A model generated the notes under the pieces. That model was not told the DNA's origin. It did not search any database and was given only the letters and a program-made list of their open reading frames with translations. From Antedon mediterranea (taxonomy: Eukaryota; Animalia; Echinodermata), in contig NC_092677.1 of the NCBI RefSeq assembly GCF_964355755.1, positions 8,206,101-8,270,100 of the forward strand: a stretch of 64,000 bases of DNA. The letters run 5' to 3'. This document shows, one piece after another, positions 41,001 to 64,000 of the stretch. Position 1 is the first letter of the stretch. Each line of letters opens with the position of its first letter. The translations under genes were made by a program, and so were the position numbers.

Positions 41001-41885
41001 CGTGGATTTAATGCACCCTACAATCCACAAGAAGACTTCCCAGAGGCTTTGAGTGAGCCATTTTGTCACATGGATCTTCTTGAGTTAAGTCTAATAGAGA
41101 AGGATTGGCGCACAGTTAAAGATTTGCCAGATGAAAATGAATTTGGTATAATTCAACGTTTGATTGAAATGGCAAGAACTCAATTTAATACAGAAAAGTG
41201 GGAAAGCAAAGAAAGCATACCACCAAAAGTAATATCACGTTTACAAGAAAGAAAGGGTTGGAATGCTGATGCAGCTTTGCCAACTGAAAGAGCAAAGAGT
41301 GCATTGGCAAGGACGAAGACTGATAAAAATTGTAGTGACTCATGCATTGAGTTACTCTGTGCAGGAGACTGCCCAGTAAAGAAGCAAAGCAGTATGAAAT
41401 CCTGCTTACGTTGTCGCCAAAATTATTGCGATGGTTCTTGCACTGAATACGGATATCATTTATACGTTCGACAACCAAATAAAGAAAAAGAAATGACATT
41501 AACAAAGTCTTGCAAAAGCTGTAGAAAATCATCAAAAATGAATGTTATTAATTCAAATCAACTAATAATGGGGAGACCCAAGTCAGCATTTGCAACATTC
41601 ACCAGTACAAAACACCAAAGTGCCAAACCTAAGCCAATGAAATTGGGCAATACTCCAGGGGCCGAAGACATTCGTAGTGCCATGCAAAGGCTGGGTTTGA
41701 AACAGCCTAATAGGCCATCAACTGGAAAGAAACGAACTAACAATAGAGGTAGAAATGCTGTAATTCCTGGCAAAAGTTATTTTTCACAGCGAAGGATATC
41801 TTTAACTGATGATCCAATTAGCACAAGTGCTGCAAAAATGAATCCTAAAGGCTTAATTCAGAAGAAAAAATCTAGACACAAGTAA
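38092..41885 (+). CDS. Uncharacterised protein with RPxS/T motifs, an acidic region, a possible FAM217-like segment and a Cys-rich cluster
   Basis: Phase-compatible GT-AG exons 38092-38198, 38449-38496, 38664-38826, 40215-40360 and 40520-41885, plus an extra exon 39671-39774 of uncertain connection. The terminal exon is a 1.36-kb open frame. AATAAA at ~42183. The 5' exons are less certain. Confidence 0.7.
39259..39380. mobile_element. Degenerate MITE (TAGGGAGCTTTCRATTTG ends), copy 1
   Basis: TAGGGAGCTTTCAATTTG ... CGAATCGAAAGCTTTCTA inverted ends. Confidence 0.55.
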
Positions 41886-44249
41886 ATTAAATAGCTCTAT
41901 ATGAATTAACAACTCTTATTAGCTACAGCAGGTTTTTTTTACATGCTGAGTTTTGTGCACAGACAAATGTATGTGACTTAAACATGATAATTACTGTATA
42001 TACAGATAATAATATAACTGTTACTTTTATACATGTAGTAATATCCAATTCAAACAACAATACAGCATACATGTAATAACAAGTTGTATGGATACCTAGT
42101 TTTTTTTCAGTTATTAGTGTAACAGGCAATTTTAAATGTTACGTAAACATAATTATGCAACACTATTTTTCCATACTACATAAATAAAGACAATACAAAT
42201 TTATTGCCTGTTTATTGTCTTTTATTTCCACTTTTGATTTTGCTTTTGAGAACTCTTTGAATTTGTTTGATTATTACGGCAACTGTGTATTACCACAAGT
42301 ATACCAAAACTGCGCGATTTTAAGTAATTTTATAAATATTTCTTGCACATCACATAAGTACAAGAAATTTCAATCAGTAATTCATTTTCCTAGTCATGTG
42401 ACTATCACACAAAACTGGTGTTTTTCGATGAAATACGTGAAAAATGATTATTACTAATTGTGAAGGTTTTCAGTTCGCAACGACCGGAGACATTTCAAAT
42501 GTTGTCCCTTTTTTCATCTGCAAGTCAACATCATATTTTTGTATTCATGCAGACCTGTAGTATACTTAGTAAAACCAAGACAATCCAACAACAGCCTGAT
42601 GGTGAGCTTGGAGATCAAAGGGTTTACCTGTGGCTGTGACACAATTCCATGCAGATACTGTTGGTATTTGTCACAGTCAGATCAAAGGACTGTTACGAGT
42701 TCCCACATTGGCCATGCGAGTGCAGTGTCCTGTTAGATTGCCTTGGTAAAACTGCCATTGTCTAGTTAGAGACCATTGGGTTCTTTGGTAACATTTTTGT
42801 AAAGCTGCTGTTCACACTTGGTAGTATACAACTTCTTGTCAAGGCCATTGCGTAAAACCAGGGAAGAATTCACTCTTCCCTTCTATTCCCTAATTCAACA
42901 TAGAAGAGACTTACTGATACCAAATCTTGTGTAATAGTATATGTATTTACAATGATAATGTTGAATTTGCTGGTCTGCTGATTGAAGTCACTGTTCATGT
43001 GCTGTTTGATGTCCGAGTTCATTGTCTTCATTTCTTCTAAATTACACAACTGACCGCTAGAAATGAAAATCCGACCCGGTTTATATATATACCCTTTTTA
43101 TACCCACATATCTGTGAGATGTCCTGCATTACTGCCATTTATTTCCCCGATTGGTTACATCTGAAAAATAGAAAATCATGAGATACTTTATTCAACTGTT
43201 GCACATTCTCTATAAATATAACACAACTGGTTATTCTTTAAAATATTTAGTGCCTTGCTTCATTGATCAAGACAACATAATATAATATTTATTGTACAAT
43301 CAAATTAGAAATACAGTACCTGTAGTAGAAGTGTGTTACAGTCCTCTCAAAATTATTAACTTGATTTTTGACTTCAATAACTTATTTTTGTCTACCCTAC
43401 TAGTATACAGCTAAAACAATTAAATTTCCTCAACAAATCTACATTTTATAAACATTTAAGTATAACTATATCTTAATGATAACAACAATATTGTTTTATT
43501 TTGGTTTTTAGACATATTTCCTAAAAATACAAGCATATAGAAAAAGTAAATAACAGTTTACGTGAATTGTGGTACAGTTTTTTGGTGACGTTTTCCTCAA
43601 CCAGTCAGTGCTTCCGACAACAAATGGATTTTGTCTCGAAGGAAAAAAGAAGAAAATTAATTAGAAATTATGTCTGTATCATGAAGTGTTTAATTAGCGT
43701 TACACCAAAAATTAAACTAGGATTCTCACTTGGCGCTTTCAATTATTGAATCTTGTTCTTTCACTTATTTCAATTTGTATTAGGTTGGAATCTACATTAA
43801 ATTTGAAATAGAAACACGAGAGAACAAAGCATGCATACAATTTTGGAAAAATATCTTTAAAGGGAATTTTTTTATTCATGATAACTTTTTCTAACTGTAG
43901 ATATTCATAATAAAAAAAATAAAACTCATATAAGTACAAATTCTCAACAGTAATCAACATTTAAATGTTAGTTTATGATTGTAGATTATTGTGATTTTTT
44001 TTTATCATAAACAGCAAATCAAAAAGAAATCAATATTTGCTTGCCATTGTCATAATTATTACCCTGATTGTACAGATACAGGTTACACACAGAGTGTTGA
44101 GTGGAATTCTGCAGATGTATCTAGTGCTGAACAGTTGAAGCTAAAAATGAACAGATGAAGAATAAATATACAATTCAAATCACAATCAAGAGATTTGTGG
44201 GAAGGGCTAAGGGGTTTGTGGGAAGGGATTGAAAATGTATCTTGAAATA

Positions 44250-44431
44250 TGGAGCTTTCGATTTGTGATGACCCAACGACCTAGGAACAAGTAAAGGTCA
44301 TGGTAATTAATTGTGCGCATGTCGGAAAACTATATTTCGTCAACACACTTATGACACTATTTCTAGGTCTAAACAATGATCAATAGCATATAAATGCATA
44401 GCTCCTACGTGATCCCAAATCGAAAGCTCTT
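44250..44431. mobile_element. Degenerate MITE (GGAGCTTTCGATTTG ends), copy 2
   Basis: GGAGCTTTCGATTTG ... CAAATCGAAAGCTCT inverted ends; same family as 39259. Confidence 0.6.
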
Positions 44432-46013
44432 TTTTATCAGTAAATATGGATGCCATTGCAAACCAATCATCTGGTACTGTAAGTTTTAATTATCTGTGTT
44501 TGCAAGAAGAAAAGAAATGTGTTCTATAATTGAAATAACTCCCATTTACAAACCTGTTTAAATAGTAAATCTTTCCACATTTTAAAATGGAAAAAACGTA
44601 AAATAAAGAAAATTAATACTAGCTTTATTTTAATGTTATTATTAAAAATGCAACATGTCTGTTCACTGTACTGTATTATAACAACAACTACTAAGTATTG
44701 TTTTTCGTTAGTTTCCAGCACTTACTAAACTTAACGTGGATTTGCATTACACGGAATTAATTCCAGGCAGTAAGTAAAAACAGAATATTTCCAGTCTATA
44801 CCAAGAGATCGTATCTCTTTCTCTCTGAAAAAAATAAAACACTGTTAGTAATATACATCTAATACAAAAGAGCAGTCAGGTTCCTCAAAAGTTGTGATTT
44901 ATTTACAAACTACCCACACTAATCCATTTAGTAAAGAATTATTATTCAAATTTTAATGTAAAAATTACAGAAGAATTAAAGTATTCAATAACATTGTGGC
45001 ACAGCTTAAACATTTAACAGTTTTTACCTCATAATCTGTCAAATAAACAATAGAATGCTATTTTTTAAAACAAGTTTACACAGCTTCTATAAATCAATTT
45101 ACATGTCCAGTTATATATATTCTTCATGTTTATATTTAAGTTACTTCTCGGATAGATGGATACAGTACATTTCTACCAATTCATGATGACTAAAGAGACA
45201 GTAATCTAATTATCAATGTCAACATTATCATCAACGATCAATAATCAGTCCAATAACCAATCAGGCAGTCCCATGTTACATTCAACTTCTTTTAAAACCC
45301 GATTCATACAACACACAATACAAGATGTAACAACATGTTGCACTTGTTAAAACTTGCAGGCCTGTTAAAATGACCTAAATAGGGGGACGATCATTAGGAT
45401 GTGCAGTAAGTCACATGTTATTAATTAAGATCTTTTTCAAAAAGCTTTGACTCTTGTTTGGTCTTGTGCTACCAATAAATGTCTAACATTGAGTTATGTT
45501 GTATCTGAACGCATAAACAATCTGTATGAATTTTGTGAAAATAATCGGTTAAAAATATCGTTATTATGCGAATCAGGAACTTATTACATTACACCTAAAG
45601 GTTCTTTTAAAAAACCTTACGAAAAAAGACTTTTAAAATATCAATTACTTAAACAATAAATCAATTAGTGTAACTGTAATTCTACAACATGAAATCTGAA
45701 AGAATTCGTTAACATCTTTTCTTGGTACAAATAAAAACAAATTTAATAACAAATATAACCTGTCATAAAAAGCACATTACAGTCTGAAATGTGAAATTGA
45801 AAAACAGTTACTTACAATAAGAAATCATATTTCAGATGAATTAATAAATTGTTTACGCATCAACAAATTATTACGGAATACAAGTACAGCACAACATCCT
45901 TTTCATACTAAATGTGCTTATCTTTGAAACCGATATATTATTATAAACAAGTGTATGAAACGGGAGGTAGTCTCAACTAAGTGAGGAAAGTTCTCATACA
46001 AAAATATTTACTT

Positions 46014-58243
<12,230 letters not shown>

Positions 58244-58586
58244 GTTTTTTTTATTACCCAGTAGGCAATTCGATTAATAAAATGTTTAAAATAAAATGTA
58301 ATCGTTCACACTCGTAATTTTATCTAGAAATACATTTTGGAAATACATTTAAATAATATTTTACATTCAAAATTTATTTTATTTCACAAAAAAGAAACCT
58401 TTTTATTTTTAGTTCATTTAGTTAAATTTGATAAAAACAACTTTTCCGGTCATCGTTGTTTTGTTCTTTTTCTTGTCGCCGTATCCCGCCGCCGCCGAAG
58501 CCACAACTCACACACAACTCACGCTAGCCTAAGCCTAGCTGTTTGTAAAAAAATAGGTGGTATAATCATACAGGCAAGTAATTACA
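58244..58586. promoter_or_regulatory. Compact bidirectional promoter/5' UTR region between PRPF4B and PABPN1
   Basis: The divergent ATGs at 58243 (-) and 58587 (+) are separated by only 343 bp. TTTCCGG ETS-like motif at ~58443. Confidence 0.7.
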
Positions 58587-61041
58587 ATGGCAGATGTTGA
58601 TACGCAAGATACGAATGAAAAATTCCTACTAGATGGGATTGATGAAATACCAGATGAAAAAGAAGAAACAGCATCTGATGTGTTGTCTTTACAGTCACCA
58701 ATTGCTTTATCCGCACCGGTTCCAAGCGGCGACGGTGGTGAAGGCGCACTCGAACATGAAGATGGGTTGGGTATGGAGAATGAAGAAGACGCAGTAAGTG
58801 TAGTTTTTTGATTATTTTTTGTCCGAGTTGACTTGGGGCCCGAGTTGACTTTGGCCGAGACGGTTTAGGGCCGACTTGGATCGAAATCTATAATAATAAT
58901 ATCTCTATGTCTATGATCTTGCTAACTAGTCTCGACCCTCTAGTCTTGTTCATAGAAAAAGTAAGGCATTAGTTTTTAGGCATAATTCTTATGTTATAAA
59001 TTTGCTAACAATAACTTTGATTTGCGATACAACATAATATAATATAATTAATTGTTTTCCTTTTTTAGGAGCTTGAAGCAATCAAAGCACGAGTACGGGA
59101 AATGGAAGAGGAAGCTGAAAAACTCAAAGAAATGCAAAATGAGGTTGAGAAACAGATGAGTATGACCTCACCTGTTGTTAGTCCAGTTGCTCTTCCTATG
59201 TCACCTGAAGATAAAGTAGATGTTGACAATCGCTCGATATATATTGGAAATGTAAGGTTTTTGGGCAAGGTCATCCAACCCACCTGACTATTGCAATGCT
59301 ATAAAAGTAAAGAAGATAACCAAAAACTAACTTGTTGTATTAAGAAAACAGATAAATTAAGTTAATATTATTTTTTTTTCCTGTGAACTTACTTTTTTAG
59401 GTGGATTACTCGGCTACAGCAGAAGAATTAGAGGCGCATTTTCATGGGTGTGGCTCCATCAACAGGGTCACCATTCTCTGCAACAAGTTTACTGGTCATC
59501 CAAAAGGGTTTGTTTCTAAAAGTGTAATCTGTGATTCTCTCATAGTGCCACAGATTATGATATTTCAGTTATTTTCGTACAGTATACAAAATAAAGTAAA
59601 AAGAATTTCTGACACATAATTATGAGACACTTATACCAAGTACATTTGGCCCTTGTTGCTGTTCAATTTGTTTAGTTTTTATGTTCTAATGGGTCCAGCT
59701 GTTTTTTTAGGTTTGCTTATATTGAATTTGCGGATAAGGACTCAGTAAGTACAGCTGTGGCATTGGATGACAGTTTATTTAAAGGAAGACAAATCAAAGT
59801 AGGTGTAGAATGATTTCAATACATACACAAATGTAATATGGAGTATTGTATGTCAATACAAATTTTTTTTTAAACCCAATTTTTTCATATTTATTTAAGG
59901 TAAATCCAAAGCGAACAAATCGACCAGGAATATCATCAACTGATAGGCCGCCAAGGGGGCGTGGTAGAGGGCGTGGTCATCGAGGTTATAATCCATTTTT
60001 CTCTGGGTATACACCAAGAAGAAGAGCAGGATATAGGTACGGCTTGAATCATATCGAAACAAAAAATGATTTGAAATTTTTTTATTTGTAATTGAAACTA
60101 GATTAAATGTATTAGATTTATATTCAACCAGGTTGCTTGGTAATATTTATAGGCGTCATCCTTCTCTTCTGAAACTCAAGTGTAGCTATATTTTTATTTT
60201 TTTAAATACAATGTACTTCATATTCCTTCTTAATGTAATTTTGTAAGGACAGTAAATTTAATGGTGATGAGAAAGTTTATTGAAAATAATAATGTGTTAA
60301 GAGAAAAACCACATTTTAGTCCATGGGACTAAATGCAAACAAGAACAGTTCAAATAAAGTCATATTGACTCGAAGGTTCTTTAGTTATGAAAACAGAAAA
60401 AATAATATTATAGGTAGGTTTTGTTCAAGAGGGTAGTATTGTTATATAATGATGGTAGACCAAACTGGAAACTCCTTACAGCCATACTTTTTTTTAGGGA
60501 ATTTCAGGGGAAGAACCAAACATGTTTAGGACAGTGCAGGGGTGTCTGATAGTGGTATTACAATGTCATGTTTGTTAAATAGACATCAATATTTTATAGG
60601 TGTTTTATGGTATTTGGTTGTTCACAGGATAGCCTCCACAATAAAGTTATCGTCTTGAATGTTGGGTGTTAATACTAATAGGTATCTTGCAGAACACAGC
60701 TTGATTTTCAGACACCACAAAATCTTATTAAAATTTAGCTTATTACCCAATATCTTTCATATGAGCTAAAATATTGAATAGCACGCCTTCTGCATTGTTT
60801 TAACATGGGCCGAAAATTCAAATAGTGCCCTCTCTTTCTCCGAATTTAGTTTCTCCTGACATATTTTGCCAAGTACTTCACCAAATTTCTGAGTGGTTTT
60901 ATTTTGTTTTCTTTTTCAGTTTGCGGATATGCATTCCTCACAACATGTTTAGGTGTGGAAATACCACTAATTGTTATTGATGTTTTAATCTTTTTATTTG
61001 TTTACAGAGGCAGGCGGTTTTCCCGTTATTCCCCATATTAA
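58587..61041 (+). CDS. PABPN1: Nuclear poly(A)-binding protein PABPN1 (PABP2)
   Basis: Exons 58587-58793, 59069-59251, 59401-59507, 59711-59798, 59900-60036 and 61008-61041. [30 protein letters not shown] coiled coil, [33 protein letters not shown], and an RG-rich tail ending YSPY. Confidence 0.96.
58823..58888. mobile_element. Isolated right-end fragment of the 53630-58000 element family in PABPN1 intron 1
   Basis: TTGACTTTGGCCGAGACGGTTTAGGGCCGACTTGGATCGAAATC is nearly identical to 57957-58000. Confidence 0.85.
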
Positions 61042-61514
61042 GGAAATTTTGACAGTGAAAAGAAAAAAAAAAGATGAGAATGTTGTAAAAGAAGAAATAA
61101 ATACTAATCAATCATCATAAAGAAATGGAAATAAAAATTTAGTCTTGCATCTGAAACTATTGGGGAAACTTATATACTTTGGGCTGGAACCTGCCATAAA
61201 TAATTTCGAAATTGAAAGTCAAATATGTGTGTTCACTGAATATCAGTTGTATTACCAAAAATTCCAAAATGTTACTTAATACTATTAAACACTCTTTGTT
61301 ATTTACTCATCCGTGAACAAATTTTATGAATATACATTATTTTAATTCTTTTTTAAAGCACAATTAAATGAATTTTATAAATTGTTGAATTCGGGAGGGC
61401 CTTTTGTTTGTTGTTGCTGTTTTTTTGTTCTCTTCACAGGTTTTCGTCAACAGTTAGGGGTTTATAATTCGATAGTAGCAGAATGGGATACTGTGAACAA
61501 AAAATACCATGTTT

Positions 61515-61670
61515 AAAAAAAAAAAAAAGAGGGAAAAGTGAAGAATAAAAAAGAATGAAAAAAAAAGAATGAAAAAAAAAAGAATGAAAAAAAAAGAATG
61601 AAAAAAAAAAAGAATAAAAAAAGTGTATGGGGGAAAAATAACAAAGAGAAAAAAATAATGCAAAAAAAAG
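61515..61670 (+). promoter_or_regulatory. A-rich tract with (GAATG-A9-11) units in the presumed PABPN1 3' UTR; candidate autoregulatory PABPN1-binding element
   Basis: A14 followed by four GAATG(A)9-11 units and further A runs, ~470 nt after the stop codon on the sense strand. Confidence 0.6.
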
Positions 61671-62354
61671 TGAATTCAGAAAGACATGGAAGATTCTAAG
61701 GAAGCAGTTGCAGTGTAAAGACAACCATATTGTGACTGGTGATGTGGATGTATTCCTGGACTGAAGAATAGTGCATTCCAGATTACTGTACTGTATTAGT
61801 AAGGGAGAGTACTGATCACTCGTTCCTGTTATTAGGAATCGTTTATTTTAGATAATAAATCTTTAAGCCATTTTCTGTAATTCGGCCCTTCAGCATTTGT
61901 ATATTGCAATTTTTAAATAGAAATAGTCAATCACCTGGTCAATTTCATTAATAGCATGACGCTCCTTTAGGCAGCTTTTCATCTGTAATCTTTTGAAATT
62001 TTTGTTTCACAAACTTTTTAGAATACAAATTTATTTTTAATACTAGTATTAATAAGATGTACAGTAATGTATTTGTAGAACTTCTGTCTCAATGTAACAT
62101 CACTATAGATTGTTAATTCAAGTATTTCTTTTTTCCCAAAGTAAAAGCTAATTTTAATGTAATATCTTATTGTAGTTTTTGTTGTTATTAGGACTGAAGA
62201 CAAAATAAAGAGTTTCAAATTGTATTATGATGAATTATGTTTCATTTTAAGGCTGTCCACTTAGCATAAGTCTAGAGCAAGCACCAGATCATGATAAACA
62301 TTGGCCGGATTTTAATGTCGTTCTACAACCTAATACGGTAGTAAAATAATATAA

Positions 62355-62476
62355 CAGGCGCAGATCCAGGGAGTATCGCTTCGCCATAACCCGTTAATAT
62401 GAACTACTTTTGACCATCTACTGAATTTATATTATGTCTGTGCTCCTCCGTTTAAAAATTCTTGGATCTGCATCTG
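62355..62476. mobile_element. Short hAT-like MITE
   Basis: CAGGCGCAGATCCAGG ... CTTGGATCTGCATCTG imperfect TIRs. The TSD is degenerate. Confidence 0.55.
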
Positions 62477-63337
62477 AATGATAATATTTATGTATGCTTT
62501 ACAGTACACACAACAAAGAAAGAATATATGAAATATTCTAAAACTAACCACTGCAGAATGATGAGTAGTACAGTGATGCAGAGGAACCAGTTTCACTACT
62601 CTGTAGCTCCTAAGAAAAAGGTGTTCAGAATATTCCATTCAGCAGCCTAATGATGTCCTGTTCAGACAATACAATGAATATACTGAAACCTTTATTGATG
62701 TGGTACATTTCATTTTGAAATGGATTTAAACTGGACTGACTGAGTGTGTAACAAACCTTGTGTGTATAATTACTATACAAGTATTTATTATTTTGAATAA
62801 ACTAAAAAGGATTCATTTACATCTATTCTCAGAAAATAAAAGCTTCTTTAGACAACAAACTATGTCTATAGTATATAATTTAGTAATACATAATTATATT
62901 AAAGCAGTATTAATATTTACAAATTACTATTTTAAATTGTTGACAAAAACTCAAGCTCATGTAACACTTTAAATAGACATCGCTTTCCTATATAGACCTT
63001 GTATTGACGATGGAATCAGGGGAGAAGGAAACCTTGTTAATATAGTACAAATAAATACAAGATTCTGTAGATAGTATACATGTACTAGTCCATTTTTTCA
63101 GATTCAGTTTAAAATACACTCCTCCTTCATTCATATTCTCCATTGACAGACATCTGGGTGTGGATGATAAATTTCAATCTTGAACCATCATACCAGATAC
63201 TTCTGTGTCAAATGTTCTGTTAAAAAAAACCACTGCATGTTAATTCAGTAACAGCAGCAAACTCAAAAAGAATATTTTTAAATTTATTAGTTTGTCAAAT
63301 AAATCAACCTCTATAATTGTTTATCATTACTATTTCT

Positions 63338-63557
63338 ACAACAATGGACTTCTTACTTGGGACTACCCCTATTCAGGGGACACACCTATTATGGAGGCAT
63401 TTCCTGTGCAACAAACAAGGGAAATATATGTTTTTGCTCTACAACAACCCCTTTTCAGAATGGACACCCCTTTTAAAGGAAATTCCTATTCAGAAGGGTC
63501 ACCTCTATTAAGGGGACACTCTGTTAGGTCTGGTGTCTCCTTAATTATATACAGTAC
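63338..63557. mobile_element. Degenerate pogo/Tc1-like MITE (TATTMAGGGGACAC subrepeats)
   Basis: Repeated CCTATTCAGGGGACAC / CTCTATTAAGGGGACAC motifs and an inverted GTGTCTCCTTAAT near the end. Confidence 0.45.
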
Positions 63558-64000
63558 AAGAGTATTATTCTATTATCATCATGAATTTAATAGAGGAACT
63601 TACTTTGATGTTATGTTCTCCCCTGGTGTATAGAATGGATTGCACAGCATGTCAACATAGGCATTATGGAGTTTACGGAATTTCTAAAATGATAATATAA
63701 TTTCTTCATTAACAAACATCCATTCCAAGTAATTTATTGGTCACACTCAGGGATGTACTTCCAAGAAATAATGGAAAGGAGGAAGGCAGGAAGTCTACTC
63801 TTCTTGCATTACAGTTTTTACCAAGACACATTTTGGCAAACATGTCAAGACATAACTATACTTGAGTTGGTGGCTTACATAAAAAAAATGATTTACTGCA
63901 ACCCTACTGTATTTCTGCAGTATAGCAATAAATAAAATTTATATAGCACACCTATATCCACTATCTAATATAAAAGCATGCCTGTAGTTGTGTGTTAATG

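Noticed and set aside
61434-61724. Phe-rich minus-strand ORFs
   Set aside because: Translation of the complement of the A-rich tract.
60260-62690. RTGATGA motifs as possible C/D-box snoRNAs (60264 and 62558)
   Set aside because: No properly spaced CTGA D box with a terminal stem could be identified.

Overview
This is AT-rich eukaryotic genomic DNA with spliceosomal introns, most likely from a marine invertebrate metazoan (inference). It is not prokaryotic and has no CRISPR array. Splice-aware reading supports eight protein-coding genes in this order: (1-2) two tandem SLC17/sialin-like MFS anion transporters (+); (3) a ~1520-aa low-complexity protein with two C-terminal C2H2-type fingers, encoded by a single coding exon (-); (4) an HSF5-like heat-shock factor (+); (5) Rab2, with a GC-AG intron (+); (6) an uncharacterised Cys-rich, possibly FAM217-like protein (+); (7) PRP4 kinase PRPF4B (-), head-to-head with (8) PABPN1 (+). 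Introns and intergenic DNA contain many non-autonomous DNA transposons: foldback-like, MULE-type, pogo-type, PIF-type, hAT-type and Helentron/HINE-type. The most notable observations are: 18-34 bp CATRGA...TCYATG hairpins with 7-bp flanking duplications that resemble P/Galileo excision footprints; a patterned A-tract in the PABPN1 3' region resembling the mammalian autoregulatory element; a tandem amplification of an exon end together with its splice donor; a ~1 kb-arm foldback inside an intron; and a three-element transposon nest in PRPF4B intron 1. All family assignments come from motif recognition by eye, and no searches were run.
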